In this document: piece after piece, positions 26,828 to 34,921 of the stretch | Position numbering within the stretch: the first letter of the stretch is position 1 | How the letters are laid out: each line of letters begins with the position of its first letter | Origin: an uncultured Bacteroidales bacterium | GTDB taxonomy: Bacteria > Bacteroidota > Bacteroidia > Bacteroidales > WCHB1-69 | DNA: 64,000 nucleotides | NCBI GenBank assembly: GCA_937949745.1 | Contig: CALECM010000073.1 | Location: forward strand, 21,086-85,085 | Reading direction: 5' to 3' | Notes under the pieces: model-generated | What the model was told of the DNA's origin: nothing | The model's input: only the letters and a program-made list of their open reading frames with translations | Databases searched by the model: none | Translations under genes and position numbers: made by a program

Positions 26828-28543
26828 ATGAATAAAAAATTCTCTCCGGGCGACAGGAAGACAGTCGTATATACCACCAAAGCCAAGTGCCGGGACTGCT
26901 ATCGTTGTGTCAGGGTATGTCCTGTACACGCCATTAAAATGGAAGACGGCCAGGCGCAGGTGATTACCGAAAACTGTATTGCCTGCGGCACCTGTATTAC
27001 GGAATGTCCCCAACATGCCAAAACCTATACAACGGATTATGGTAAAGTATTGCAGATGCTGGAGGGAGAAAATTCATTGATGGTCAGTCTGGCTCCTTCT
27101 TTTGCCGGTTATTTTACAAAATGGGAACAAAAAAGGATTCCGTCGGCACTGAGGGCGCTGGGATTCAATTATGTGGCTGAAACGGCAGTAGGAGCATGGC
27201 ATGTTGCCAACGCTTCATTCGGGTATATTAAAGACCATGAGCAGCAAAACCATATTTGTACCTCATGTCCGGCCATTGTGAATTATATAAATATTTATAT
27301 GCCTCAATATTCGGGAAACCTGGTTCCGGTCTCTTCACCCATGATCGCGCATGCCAGGTTATTAAAAAAAGAATTTCCCAGGGCTAAATTTGTCTTCATC
27401 GGGCCGTGTGTGGCTAAGAAAGACGAGGCTTTCCAATACGAGAAGGAACATCTTATAGATGCGGTATTGACCTTTGACGAATTGGAAGAATTGTTTAAGT
27501 TGAAAAATATAAAACTGGATTCATGCGAAGAAAGCCAATTTGACCAGGAAGTTACCGGGGATGCCCGGCTTTTTCCTTTGGAAGGAGGGCTTTTGCGTAC
27601 GGCGGGAATGCCCACGGATATGTTGGATAGCCGTATTATTGCGGTAAGTGGATTTGAAGAGATCAAAGAAGTACTTGAATCGATGAAAGGCGGGAAGCAA
27701 CGAATCGTGATAGATCCGTTATTTTGCCGTCACGGATGTATCAACGGTCCGGTAGCGAACAGGTCTGAAAATATATATGATAAGCGTAGCCAGGTATTGG
27801 ATTACGCGTCCAAATCTCCGGGTGTAAAAAGTGAAGAAGTACTGGCTAATTTCACTAAAGCGGAATATCATGGAAAACCTCTTAAAAGTACCGCTTTTAC
27901 AGAAGACCAAATCAAAGAAGTATTGGCTGTCATCGGGAAACATTCAGCGGAAGATGAATTGAATTGTATGGCATGCGGGTATAACAGTTGCAGGGAAAAA
28001 GCCGTCGCGGTTTTGGAAGGTGTAGCGGAACCTGAAATGTGCATGCCTTATATGAGGAGAGTAAGCGAACAGAAATTCGAAACGCTTATCCAGTATGACC
28101 CTAACGGAATCGTAACGCTGGATAAAAAATTGGAAATCGTCCATATGAATGAGGCGTTTAAAAAAATGTTCGCCTGCTCCGATTCGATATACGGGAAGAA
28201 TATATCCTATCTCATCGATCCCGAACCTTTCGAAAAAATAACCACGGGAAGCAGTGAACTTATCCGTGAAAACATTCATTACGCCAATTATAATATTACC
28301 GCGCACGTGGTCGTATACGCTCTTCCGGAACAGGAACAATACGTGGGTATCTTTATGGATGTCACGGATTTTCAAACTAACCAGGAAAAACTTTCCGATA
28401 TTAAATCCGAAACCCTGAATAAAGCCCAGGAGTTGCTCGACCATCAGATATCGATGGCCCAGGATCTGGCGCGTTTTTTGGGAGAGCATACCGCGAAAGA
28501 AGAGTATTTGTTGAACAGCCTGATCAACCTGACCAAAAAATAA
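26828..28543 (+). CDS. hydS: Sensory-type [FeFe] hydrogenase paralog (HydS-like, group C architecture): 2x[4Fe-4S] ferredoxin, H-domain, Cx2Cx4Cx16C, PAS
   Basis: Ferredoxin motifs CRDCYRCVRVCP and CIACGTCITECP. H-cluster motifs are altered to CTSCPAIV, GPCVAKKDE and FCRHGCINGP. Extra motif CMACGYNSC-x16-C, then a PAS-like region (IVTLDKKLEIVHMNEAFKKMF). ATG at 26828 is preferred; the track start 26792 is a GTG inside an inverted repeat. Confidence 0.8.
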   Translation: MNKKFSPGDRKTVVYTTKAKCRDCYRCVRVCPVHAIKMEDGQAQVITENCIACGTCITECPQHAKTYTTDYGKVLQMLEGENSLMVSLAPSFAGYFTKWEQKRIPSALRALGFNYVAETAVGAWHVANASFGYIKDHEQQNHICTSCPAIVNYINIYMPQYSGNLVPVSSPMIAHARLLKKEFPRAKFVFIGPCVAKKDEAFQYEKEHLIDAVLTFDELEELFKLKNIKLDSCEESQFDQEVTGDARLFPLEGGLLRTAGMPTDMLDSRIIAVSGFEEIKEVLESMKGGKQRIVIDPLFCRHGCINGPVANRSENIYDKRSQVLDYASKSPGVKSEEVLANFTKAEYHGKPLKSTAFTEDQIKEVLAVIGKHSAEDELNCMACGYNSCREKAVAVLEGVAEPEMCMPYMRRVSEQKFETLIQYDPNGIVTLDKKLEIVHMNEAFKKMFACSDSIYGKNISYLIDPEPFEKITTGSSELIRENIHYANYNITAHVVVYALPEQEQYVGIFMDVTDFQTNQEKLSDIKSETLNKAQELLDHQISMAQDLARFLGEHTAKEEYLLNSLINLTKK

Positions 28544-28555
28544 TTCCGGCTTATT

Positions 28556-29701
28556 ATGTATATACATACCGATGTTTTCGCCGTCCAGTCTTCCAAAAAA
28601 CCACAGTGGCCCTGTGGGGATGCTTACGGTGTTATCCGGGATCTTAAAGCTACGACGATCATCCTGGCCGACGGATTGGGTTCGGGCGTAAAAGCCCATA
28701 TAGCTGCCACCATGTGTGTGTCCCGCTTAAAAGGATTGATCACGGAAGGGGCGAGTCTGCGGGAAGCTTTCCGTTCGGTAACCGATACCATGGATAAGGC
28801 CTGGGGATCGGGAGATCCTTTTGCCGTTTTTACCGTGGCAAGGATATTGAATAACGGGCAGGCCACAGTTTTGACCTATGAGATGCCTCCGCCTATCCTG
28901 ATAAATCCCGTTTATGCGCAAATCCTTAAAGACAGGGTCTATACGCAAAAGAAAGCCATCATTCACGAGTCTTATTGTATGTTGTCGAAAGACGAAGGAA
29001 TCCTGTTGATGTCGGATGGGATCACTCAGGCTGGCATCGGGCAGAGGTTCGTTTACGGTTGGGAATCGGAAGGCGTACAGCGGTATGTGGAATCGAAATT
29101 GAACGGTGAGAGGATAGATGGAGAAAGTTTGGTGATGGATATCCATGCCAAAGGGCGTTCTTATTGGCCGAATGACAAGGGTGACGATTGTTCGGTGGTG
29201 CTGGGACTGAACCGTCGCGGTATTATCGTAAACCTGATATGCGGACCGCCGTTAGATAAAGAGAATGATGAAAAATTCGCCCGTTCTTTCATTAATTCGG
29301 AAGGGATCCATATTGTTTGTGGAGGTACTACGGCCAAGATTATCTCTAATATGGCTAAAAAGAAACTGGAAATAAAAAAATCGGATAGTTCCGTTACACC
29401 TCCGGCTTATAGCATCGACGGATTTGAAATGGTGACCGAAGGAGTGGTTACCTTGAATCAGGTTTATCACCTGTTGGAAGATAATACCGCCGATTTACCG
29501 ATGGAGACCATTCCTGGAGAACTGGCTTGGTATCTTCGTATGGCCGACCGCATCAACGTGTGGGAAGGAACCGCGTCCAATCTGGGTCATGACCAGGTGG
29601 AGTTCCGTCTTCAGGGGCTTTTTAATCGCGCCCAGATACTTAAAGTGATCACCGAACGCCTCAAAGACCAGGGTAAACTTGTCGTTCACGAAAAATGGTA
29701 A
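28556..29701 (+). CDS. PP2C/SpoIIE-family serine phosphatase with an extra ~150-aa C-terminal domain
   Basis: 381 aa with CGDAYGV...ILADGLGSGVKAH...ILLMSDGITQAG (PP2C/SpoIIE-like metal-binding Asp pattern). It starts 12 nt after the hydS stop. Confidence 0.7.
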   Translation: MYIHTDVFAVQSSKKPQWPCGDAYGVIRDLKATTIILADGLGSGVKAHIAATMCVSRLKGLITEGASLREAFRSVTDTMDKAWGSGDPFAVFTVARILNNGQATVLTYEMPPPILINPVYAQILKDRVYTQKKAIIHESYCMLSKDEGILLMSDGITQAGIGQRFVYGWESEGVQRYVESKLNGERIDGESLVMDIHAKGRSYWPNDKGDDCSVVLGLNRRGIIVNLICGPPLDKENDEKFARSFINSEGIHIVCGGTTAKIISNMAKKKLEIKKSDSSVTPPAYSIDGFEMVTEGVVTLNQVYHLLEDNTADLPMETIPGELAWYLRMADRINVWEGTASNLGHDQVEFRLQGLFNRAQILKVITERLKDQGKLVVHEKW

Positions 29702-29735
29702 ATCCCGGTCGGCTTTTATCCTCCTACATTTTTCG

Positions 29736-29743
29736 TATCTTTG
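29736..29743 (+). promoter_or_regulatory. TAnnTTTG -7 box for recF
   Basis: tatctttg lies 18 nt upstream of the recF ATG at 29762. Confidence 0.55.
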
Positions 29744-29761
29744 CATCCCTTTTCAATCAAT

Positions 29762-30853
29762 ATGTTTCTCCGGAATATCAAACTTGTCAATTTTAAGAAT
29801 TATAAGGATGCGGAATTTGATTTTTGCCCGAAAATAAATGCCGTTGTAGGAGAAAACGGCGCCGGCAAAACCAATCTCCTGGATGCCATCCATTACCTCT
29901 CTTTCTGTAAAAGTTATTTCACTTCCCATGATAGCCTTGCTATTCATTTCGATGCTGATTTCTTTGCGGTCCATGGTGAGTTTGTGGGCTTTAATGACCG
30001 GAAGCCGGCCAAGGTGAGTTGCACTTTTAAGAATCCGGGTCGTAAAGTGATGAAGGCTAATCAAAAAGAATATAAATTGCTGAGCGAACATATCGGACTT
30101 TTTCCCCTGATCATGATCTCCCCGTATGACCATGACATCATTCTGGACGGTAGCGACGTGAGAAGGAAATTTTTTGATATGATCATTTCGCAATTCGACA
30201 AAGAGTACCTGCGACAACTGATCAGATACCAGAAACTGATTACCCAAAGGAATGTGTTGCTGAAGAAGTTCATTGAACAGAGAAGCTTTGACGCATCTTT
30301 GCTGGCTGTTTTCGACGAACAGTTACGGGAACCCGGTTATTATATCTTTAATAAACGGCGGGGTTATATCGGGGATATTATTCCTTATTTCCAGTCCCAC
30401 TATGATTTTTTAGCCGACGGAAAGGAAAAAGTGGGTATTGTTTATGAATCGGGATTGTTGCACACTTCTTATGAAGAAGGTCTGGCCAATAGCGAAACGG
30501 CGGATCGCAGATCCGGATATACTACTTTCGGTTTGCATAAGGACGATTATATTTTTACTATCGACGAAAGGCCCGTTAAAAGGTTCGGCTCCCAAGGCCA
30601 GCAGAAAACATTCGCGATCGCCCTTAAATTATCCCAATTCGATTATATCTATAATCAGAAAATGGTTAAACCGATATTACTCCTGGACGATATTTTCGAT
30701 AAACTCGATTTGAACCGTATCGGCCGTCTTCTCGAATTAGTGGGGAAAGACAGGATAGGGCAGGTGTTTATTTCGGATACCAATGAAACAAGAGTCAAAG
30801 ACATTCTGGATACGCACCAGGTAGAATATAAAATATATACGATTAACCGTTGA
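29762..30853 (+). CDS. recF: DNA replication and repair protein RecF
   Basis: MFLRNIKLVNFKNY start, Walker A GENGAGKTNLLDAI and C-terminal LLLDDIFDKLD. TAnnTTTG box tatctttg at 29736-29743; the track start 29741 is the TTG inside that box. Confidence 0.9.
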   Translation: MFLRNIKLVNFKNYKDAEFDFCPKINAVVGENGAGKTNLLDAIHYLSFCKSYFTSHDSLAIHFDADFFAVHGEFVGFNDRKPAKVSCTFKNPGRKVMKANQKEYKLLSEHIGLFPLIMISPYDHDIILDGSDVRRKFFDMIISQFDKEYLRQLIRYQKLITQRNVLLKKFIEQRSFDASLLAVFDEQLREPGYYIFNKRRGYIGDIIPYFQSHYDFLADGKEKVGIVYESGLLHTSYEEGLANSETADRRSGYTTFGLHKDDYIFTIDERPVKRFGSQGQQKTFAIALKLSQFDYIYNQKMVKPILLLDDIFDKLDLNRIGRLLELVGKDRIGQVFISDTNETRVKDILDTHQVEYKIYTINR

Positions 30854-30866
30854 TTATTCCCGGACT

Positions 30867-32756
30867 ATGAATTACCTTTCTGTTGAAAAACTAACCAAAT
30901 CATTCGGAGAAAAAATTCTTTTTGAGGATATCACTTTCGGTATAGAAAAAGGACAGAAAATCGCGTTGATCGCAAAAAACGGTACGGGGAAAAGTACACT
31001 CCTGAACATTATCGCCGGCATTGAAGCTCCCGACAACGGAACGGTGACGACCCGCAATAATATTACCGTATCTTACCTTCCTCAAATGGATACTTTTTCA
31101 GAGGAGTTTTCCGTAATCGATACTATCTTTGAAAGTAAGCTTCCCGTTATTCAGGCTATAAAGGAGTATGAGACCTGTCTGGTGCTGGCAGAAAAAACTC
31201 CCGGATCCCTGGATGAGAAGCGGATGGAAAAAGCCATCGAAACGATGGACAGACTGAATGCCTGGGACTTTGAGAGCAGGGCCAGGGAGATCCTTTCGCG
31301 TTTCGGGATCCATGATATTTTCCAGAATATCGGTGAATTATCCGGCGGACAACGGAAAAAAACCTCTTTGGCCAAAACACTGATCGAGGAAACGGACCTT
31401 TTGATCCTGGATGAACCTACGAACCATCTGGATATTGATATGATCGAGTGGCTTGAGGAATATCTCTCCACCTCCAATACGACGCTCCTTATGGTGACGC
31501 ATGATCGATATTTCCTGGATAAAGTATGCAATAATATCATCGAATTGGATAACAGACAGCTCTATTCTTACAAAGGAAGATACGACTATTATCTGGAGAA
31601 GAAATCGGAACGGATCTCCAATGAAGCGGCTGAACAGGAAAAGATAAAATTGCTTTACAGGAAAGAACTGGAATGGGTGCATACTTCACCCCAGGCCCGT
31701 ACCACAAAAGCCAAAGCCAGGATCAACGCTTTTGAAGAACTGAAAGAGGGAGCTTCCAGAAAGTCGGCCCAACAACAGGAAGCATTTAAAGTTCAGACCG
31801 AAAGGCTCGGGAATAAAATACTGGAAATTAACAATATCGATTTTGCGTACGGCGAAAATAAATTGCTGGATGATTTTTCCTATATATTTAAGAAAGGAGA
31901 AAAATGCGGTATTGTCGGGAAAAACGGAACCGGTAAGAGTACTTTCCTCAAACTGATTATGCGGGAATTGAAACCTGATAAAGGAAAGATCACTCCCGGA
32001 CTTACGATTAAATTCGGCTATTTCTCACAGGAAGGGTTGGAGATCAAAGGAAATAAAAGGATCCTCGAACTGGTAAAAGAATTCGCGGAAATGATCCGGG
32101 TAGATAATGGTAATTATATCAGCGCTTCCCAGTTTTTATTTCATTTCGGATTCGGATATGAACAGCAATATACCTATTATGAAGATCTTAGCGGAGGAGA
32201 AAAGAGGAAACTGCATCTGTTGATCACTTTATTGCAAAATCCGAATTTCCTTATCCTGGATGAGCCCACTAATGATTTCGACATCGATACTCTCAACCTC
32301 CTGGAAGATTTCCTCACCCATTACCAGGGGTGCCTGCTGATCGTTTCCCACGATCGCTGGTTCATGGATAAGCTGGTAGATCACCTGTTCATTTTTGAAG
32401 GCGACGGTAAAGTGAAAGATCATTATGGCAATTATACGGAATACCGTATAGTGAAGGATAAGGCCCTCAAGCAACAGAAAAAAATCGAAAAAGCCCTCAA
32501 ATCCCCGGCAGAAAAAGAAATAAAGCCTAAAGCAGCTTCCGTGAACAAGCTGACATATAAAGAAAAAGTAGAATTAGAAAGCCTGGAATCATCCATTACG
32601 GTATTGGAAGCTGAGAAAATCGAACTGGAAAACAAGTTGAACAGTGGAACCGGTGATAATCAACAGTTGATGGAATGGAGTAAACGTTACCAGGAATTGA
32701 TGAACGATATGGAAGCCAAAACCATGCGATGGCTCGAACTTAGCGAAAAAGAATAA
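30867..32756 (+). CDS. ABC-F family ATPase (Uup/YbiT-like, two ABC cassettes, C-terminal coiled coil)
   Basis: 629 aa with two Walker A motifs (AKNGTGKST, GKNGTGKST) and two signatures (LSGGQRKK, LSGGEKRK). No TM domain. Confidence 0.85.
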   Translation: MNYLSVEKLTKSFGEKILFEDITFGIEKGQKIALIAKNGTGKSTLLNIIAGIEAPDNGTVTTRNNITVSYLPQMDTFSEEFSVIDTIFESKLPVIQAIKEYETCLVLAEKTPGSLDEKRMEKAIETMDRLNAWDFESRAREILSRFGIHDIFQNIGELSGGQRKKTSLAKTLIEETDLLILDEPTNHLDIDMIEWLEEYLSTSNTTLLMVTHDRYFLDKVCNNIIELDNRQLYSYKGRYDYYLEKKSERISNEAAEQEKIKLLYRKELEWVHTSPQARTTKAKARINAFEELKEGASRKSAQQQEAFKVQTERLGNKILEINNIDFAYGENKLLDDFSYIFKKGEKCGIVGKNGTGKSTFLKLIMRELKPDKGKITPGLTIKFGYFSQEGLEIKGNKRILELVKEFAEMIRVDNGNYISASQFLFHFGFGYEQQYTYYEDLSGGEKRKLHLLITLLQNPNFLILDEPTNDFDIDTLNLLEDFLTHYQGCLLIVSHDRWFMDKLVDHLFIFEGDGKVKDHYGNYTEYRIVKDKALKQQKKIEKALKSPAEKEIKPKAASVNKLTYKEKVELESLESSITVLEAEKIELENKLNSGTGDNQQLMEWSKRYQELMNDMEAKTMRWLELSEKE

Positions 32757-32762
32757 TACATT

Positions 32763-33479
32763 ATGGAGTTTTACTATTCCCCTGATCTTGAGAATGACCA
32801 GATAATTTTATCTCCGGAAGAAGCCCGGCATTGCATTAAAGTTATGCATCACCGGATCGGTGATACCATCTTTGTGGTTGATGGAAAAGGATGTCTGGCG
32901 GAATCGGTTGTTGTGAATATAGATAAAGTGAATGCCGTACTTCATATTACCCGTAGAGAATACGGACTCGGAAAACGCGATTTTATTTTACATATCGCAA
33001 TTGCACCCACCAAGAACAGGGAACGCATAGAATGGTTTCTGGAAAAAGCGGTTGAGGTCGGTGTCGAAAAAGTGAGTTTTATCATTTGCGAACATTCCGA
33101 ACGTCCCCGCCTCGAAATGGCAAGGCTCGAAAGGATCGCCGTCGCGGCCATGAAACAATCCCATACGGCCTATATGCCTGATCTGGAAGTTATTTCTTTT
33201 GAGGATTTTGTCCTGCAAAATGATGGTATCAACGGAGAAAAATTAATTGCCTGGTGCGAAGCCGGTGCCGGTGTTGAACAACTTGCCCGGCTCCCTCTGG
33301 TAAAAGACCATATTACATTACTTATCGGACCGGAAGGAGATTTCAGTGAGCAGGAAGTGAGGAAGGCTTTGGAATATGGATTCAGGGAAGTGAAACTAGG
33401 TAATAAGCGTCTCCGGACCGAAACGGCGGGTTTATACGGGTGTTGTGTGATTGCCGGAATTAAAGAAGTTAAGCGGTAA
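32763..33479 (+). CDS. rsmE: 16S rRNA (uracil1498-N3)-methyltransferase
   Basis: 238 aa with PUA-like N-terminus HCIKVMHHRIGD and SPOUT knot motif LLIGPEGDFSEQE. Confidence 0.8.
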   Translation: MEFYYSPDLENDQIILSPEEARHCIKVMHHRIGDTIFVVDGKGCLAESVVVNIDKVNAVLHITRREYGLGKRDFILHIAIAPTKNRERIEWFLEKAVEVGVEKVSFIICEHSERPRLEMARLERIAVAAMKQSHTAYMPDLEVISFEDFVLQNDGINGEKLIAWCEAGAGVEQLARLPLVKDHITLLIGPEGDFSEQEVRKALEYGFREVKLGNKRLRTETAGLYGCCVIAGIKEVKR

Positions 33480-33565
33480 TATTTTGAACCGTGTTTAATC
33501 ACAATAATATAACGTATATTGGCGTTCGAATATCCTGAATGAATGGTACTAAAACCGGATCTAAT

Positions 33566-34003
33566 ATGAAAAAAATTATTCCATTTTTATTGATTATCCT
33601 TGTAGGCATTTTCGTAGGTTGCAGGTATGAAGAACCGGGTGGCAGCCTTAAATCACCTGAAAACAGGCTTATCGGTTACTGGTTTTTGCAGGCAGTGTAT
33701 AAAAATGATGTTCAAATGGATTCCGTTAAGGATGTTCTGGCTAATCAGCCCGGAAATTACTATTCTTTTCATTTTGACGGACCGTTTGCAGTTACTGCCC
33801 TTATTGACCAAACCATAGAAGAATCCGTGCGCGGAGACTGGAAATTTGAAAATAAGAAAAAAAGTCTGAATCTGGTTTTTGTACTCCACAGTGTCTATTA
33901 CAATTATACCGCTGATATTATCAAGTTGTCCGGACAGGAGTTGAAATACCGCTATAGGGATGAACGCGGGAATACCTGGAGATTACATTTCTACAAAAGG
34001 TAA
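33566..34003 (+). CDS. Hypothetical lipoprotein (lipocalin-like size)
   Basis: MKKIIPFLLIILVGIFVGC lipobox. ATG at 33566 is preferred over the track start 33539. Confidence 0.5.
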   Translation: MKKIIPFLLIILVGIFVGCRYEEPGGSLKSPENRLIGYWFLQAVYKNDVQMDSVKDVLANQPGNYYSFHFDGPFAVTALIDQTIEESVRGDWKFENKKKSLNLVFVLHSVYYNYTADIIKLSGQELKYRYRDERGNTWRLHFYKR

Positions 34004-34031
34004 TTAATCTTGCAATCTCTTAAACCGTTCC

Positions 34032-34128
34032 CTGAGTTCGTCGAAGGTATGATTCCGAATTCTGTTTTTTTATTTTAAAGATTTAAAACATCTATTTCCC
34101 CGTTGGCTGAGTTTATCGAAGCCAACAG
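34032..34128 (+). repeat. ~97-bp direct repeat unit X (contains GTTGGCT/AGCCAAC hairpin)
   Basis: ctgagttcgtcgaaggtatgattccgaattctgttttt...ccccGTTGGCT-GAGTTTATCGA-AGCCAACagg. It repeats 157 bp downstream. Confidence 0.85.
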
Positions 34129-34149
34129 GAAATAAAATCACCTCTTATT

Positions 34150-34174
34150 GTCATCCTGAGCGCAGCGAAAGATC
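34150..34174 (+). repeat. Type-1 hairpin repeat between the two X units
   Basis: gtcATCCTgagcgcagcgaAAGATc (one stem mismatch). Confidence 0.75.
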
Positions 34175-34188
34175 TTGAAGTACTCTTT

Positions 34189-34286
34189 CTGAGTTCGTCG
34201 AAGGTATGATTCCGAATTCTGTTTTTTAGTTTAAAGATTTAAAACATCTATTTTCCCCGTTGGCTGAGCTTGTCGAAGCCAACAAG
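34189..34286 (+). repeat. ~97-bp direct repeat unit X' (second copy)
   Basis: Near-identical to 34032-34128. The hairpin is GTTGGCT-GAGCTTGTCGA-AGCCAAC at 34259-34283. Confidence 0.85.
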
Positions 34287-34301
34287 GAGTCCCCCTTAAA
34301 A

Positions 34302-34339
34302 ATAAAAAAGGGATGTTCACTATTACGGACATCCCTTTT
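34302..34339 (-). terminator. Intrinsic terminator of the ferritin gene
   Basis: The minus strand reads AAGGGATGT-ccgtaatagtga-ACATCCCTT followed by TTTTTTATTTTT, a 9-bp perfect stem (34308-34316 / 34329-34337). Confidence 0.8.
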
Positions 34340-34359
34340 GACTAACCGTGAATGAAAAA

Positions 34360-34875
34360 TCACTCATTGGTCTGGGTTTGATCCACAAAGGTTCTGGTTT
34401 CAAATTCCTTGTCATATACGCGCAAAGCGCCCGGAAGCGTTTCAATGGCAACAAGGGTCTGAAGTATATCATTGGCGGTGGTTTCTTCTTCCACCTGCTC
34501 ATCGATGAACCATCTCAGAAAACTTTGGGTGGCGTAATCTTTTAATTCCACAGCCGTATCCATCAGTTTATTGATCAATGCCGTTACTTCCTGTTCATGA
34601 CGGTAAGTCTCTTCGAAAGCGGCGGAAGGGCTTTTCCATGAAGTAGGGACTTTATCAATGGGTTTCAGTGTTACCGATCCTCCACGGTCCTGAATATACC
34701 GGAAAAGTTTCATCGCATGGGATTGCTCTTCCTGGAACTGGACATACATCCAATTGGCAAAACCCGGTAAATTCTGATCGCTGAACCAGGATGACATGCT
34801 TAAATAAAGATAAGCGGACCAAAATTCGGCGTTAATTTGATCATTCAACTCATTTTGCATTTTTTCGTTTATCAT
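34360..34875 (-). CDS. ftnA: Non-heme ferritin
   Basis: 171 aa with ferroxidase-centre pattern NAEFWSAYLYLSMSSW...QEEQSHAMKLFRYI. A strong terminator lies 22 nt downstream. Confidence 0.9.
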   Translation of the reverse strand: MINEKMQNELNDQINAEFWSAYLYLSMSSWFSDQNLPGFANWMYVQFQEEQSHAMKLFRYIQDRGGSVTLKPIDKVPTSWKSPSAAFEETYRHEQEVTALINKLMDTAVELKDYATQSFLRWFIDEQVEEETTANDILQTLVAIETLPGALRVYDKEFETRTFVDQTQTNE

Positions 34876-34921
34876 AATTGTTAGTTTTAAGGTTAATATT
34901 GTGTTTCTGGTTATATCTCAA

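Noticed and set aside
27944-28699. 251-aa minus-strand ORF
   Set aside because: It lies entirely antisense to the hydS 3' half and the phosphatase 5' end, both of which have strong motif support. Long antisense ORFs of this kind are common by chance.
34028-34290. Possible CRISPR array, considered because of direct repeats with intervening sequence
   Set aside because: There are only two ~97-bp units at a 157-bp period. The units are far longer than CRISPR repeats, the spacer is itself another repeat-family member, and no cas genes are in the window.
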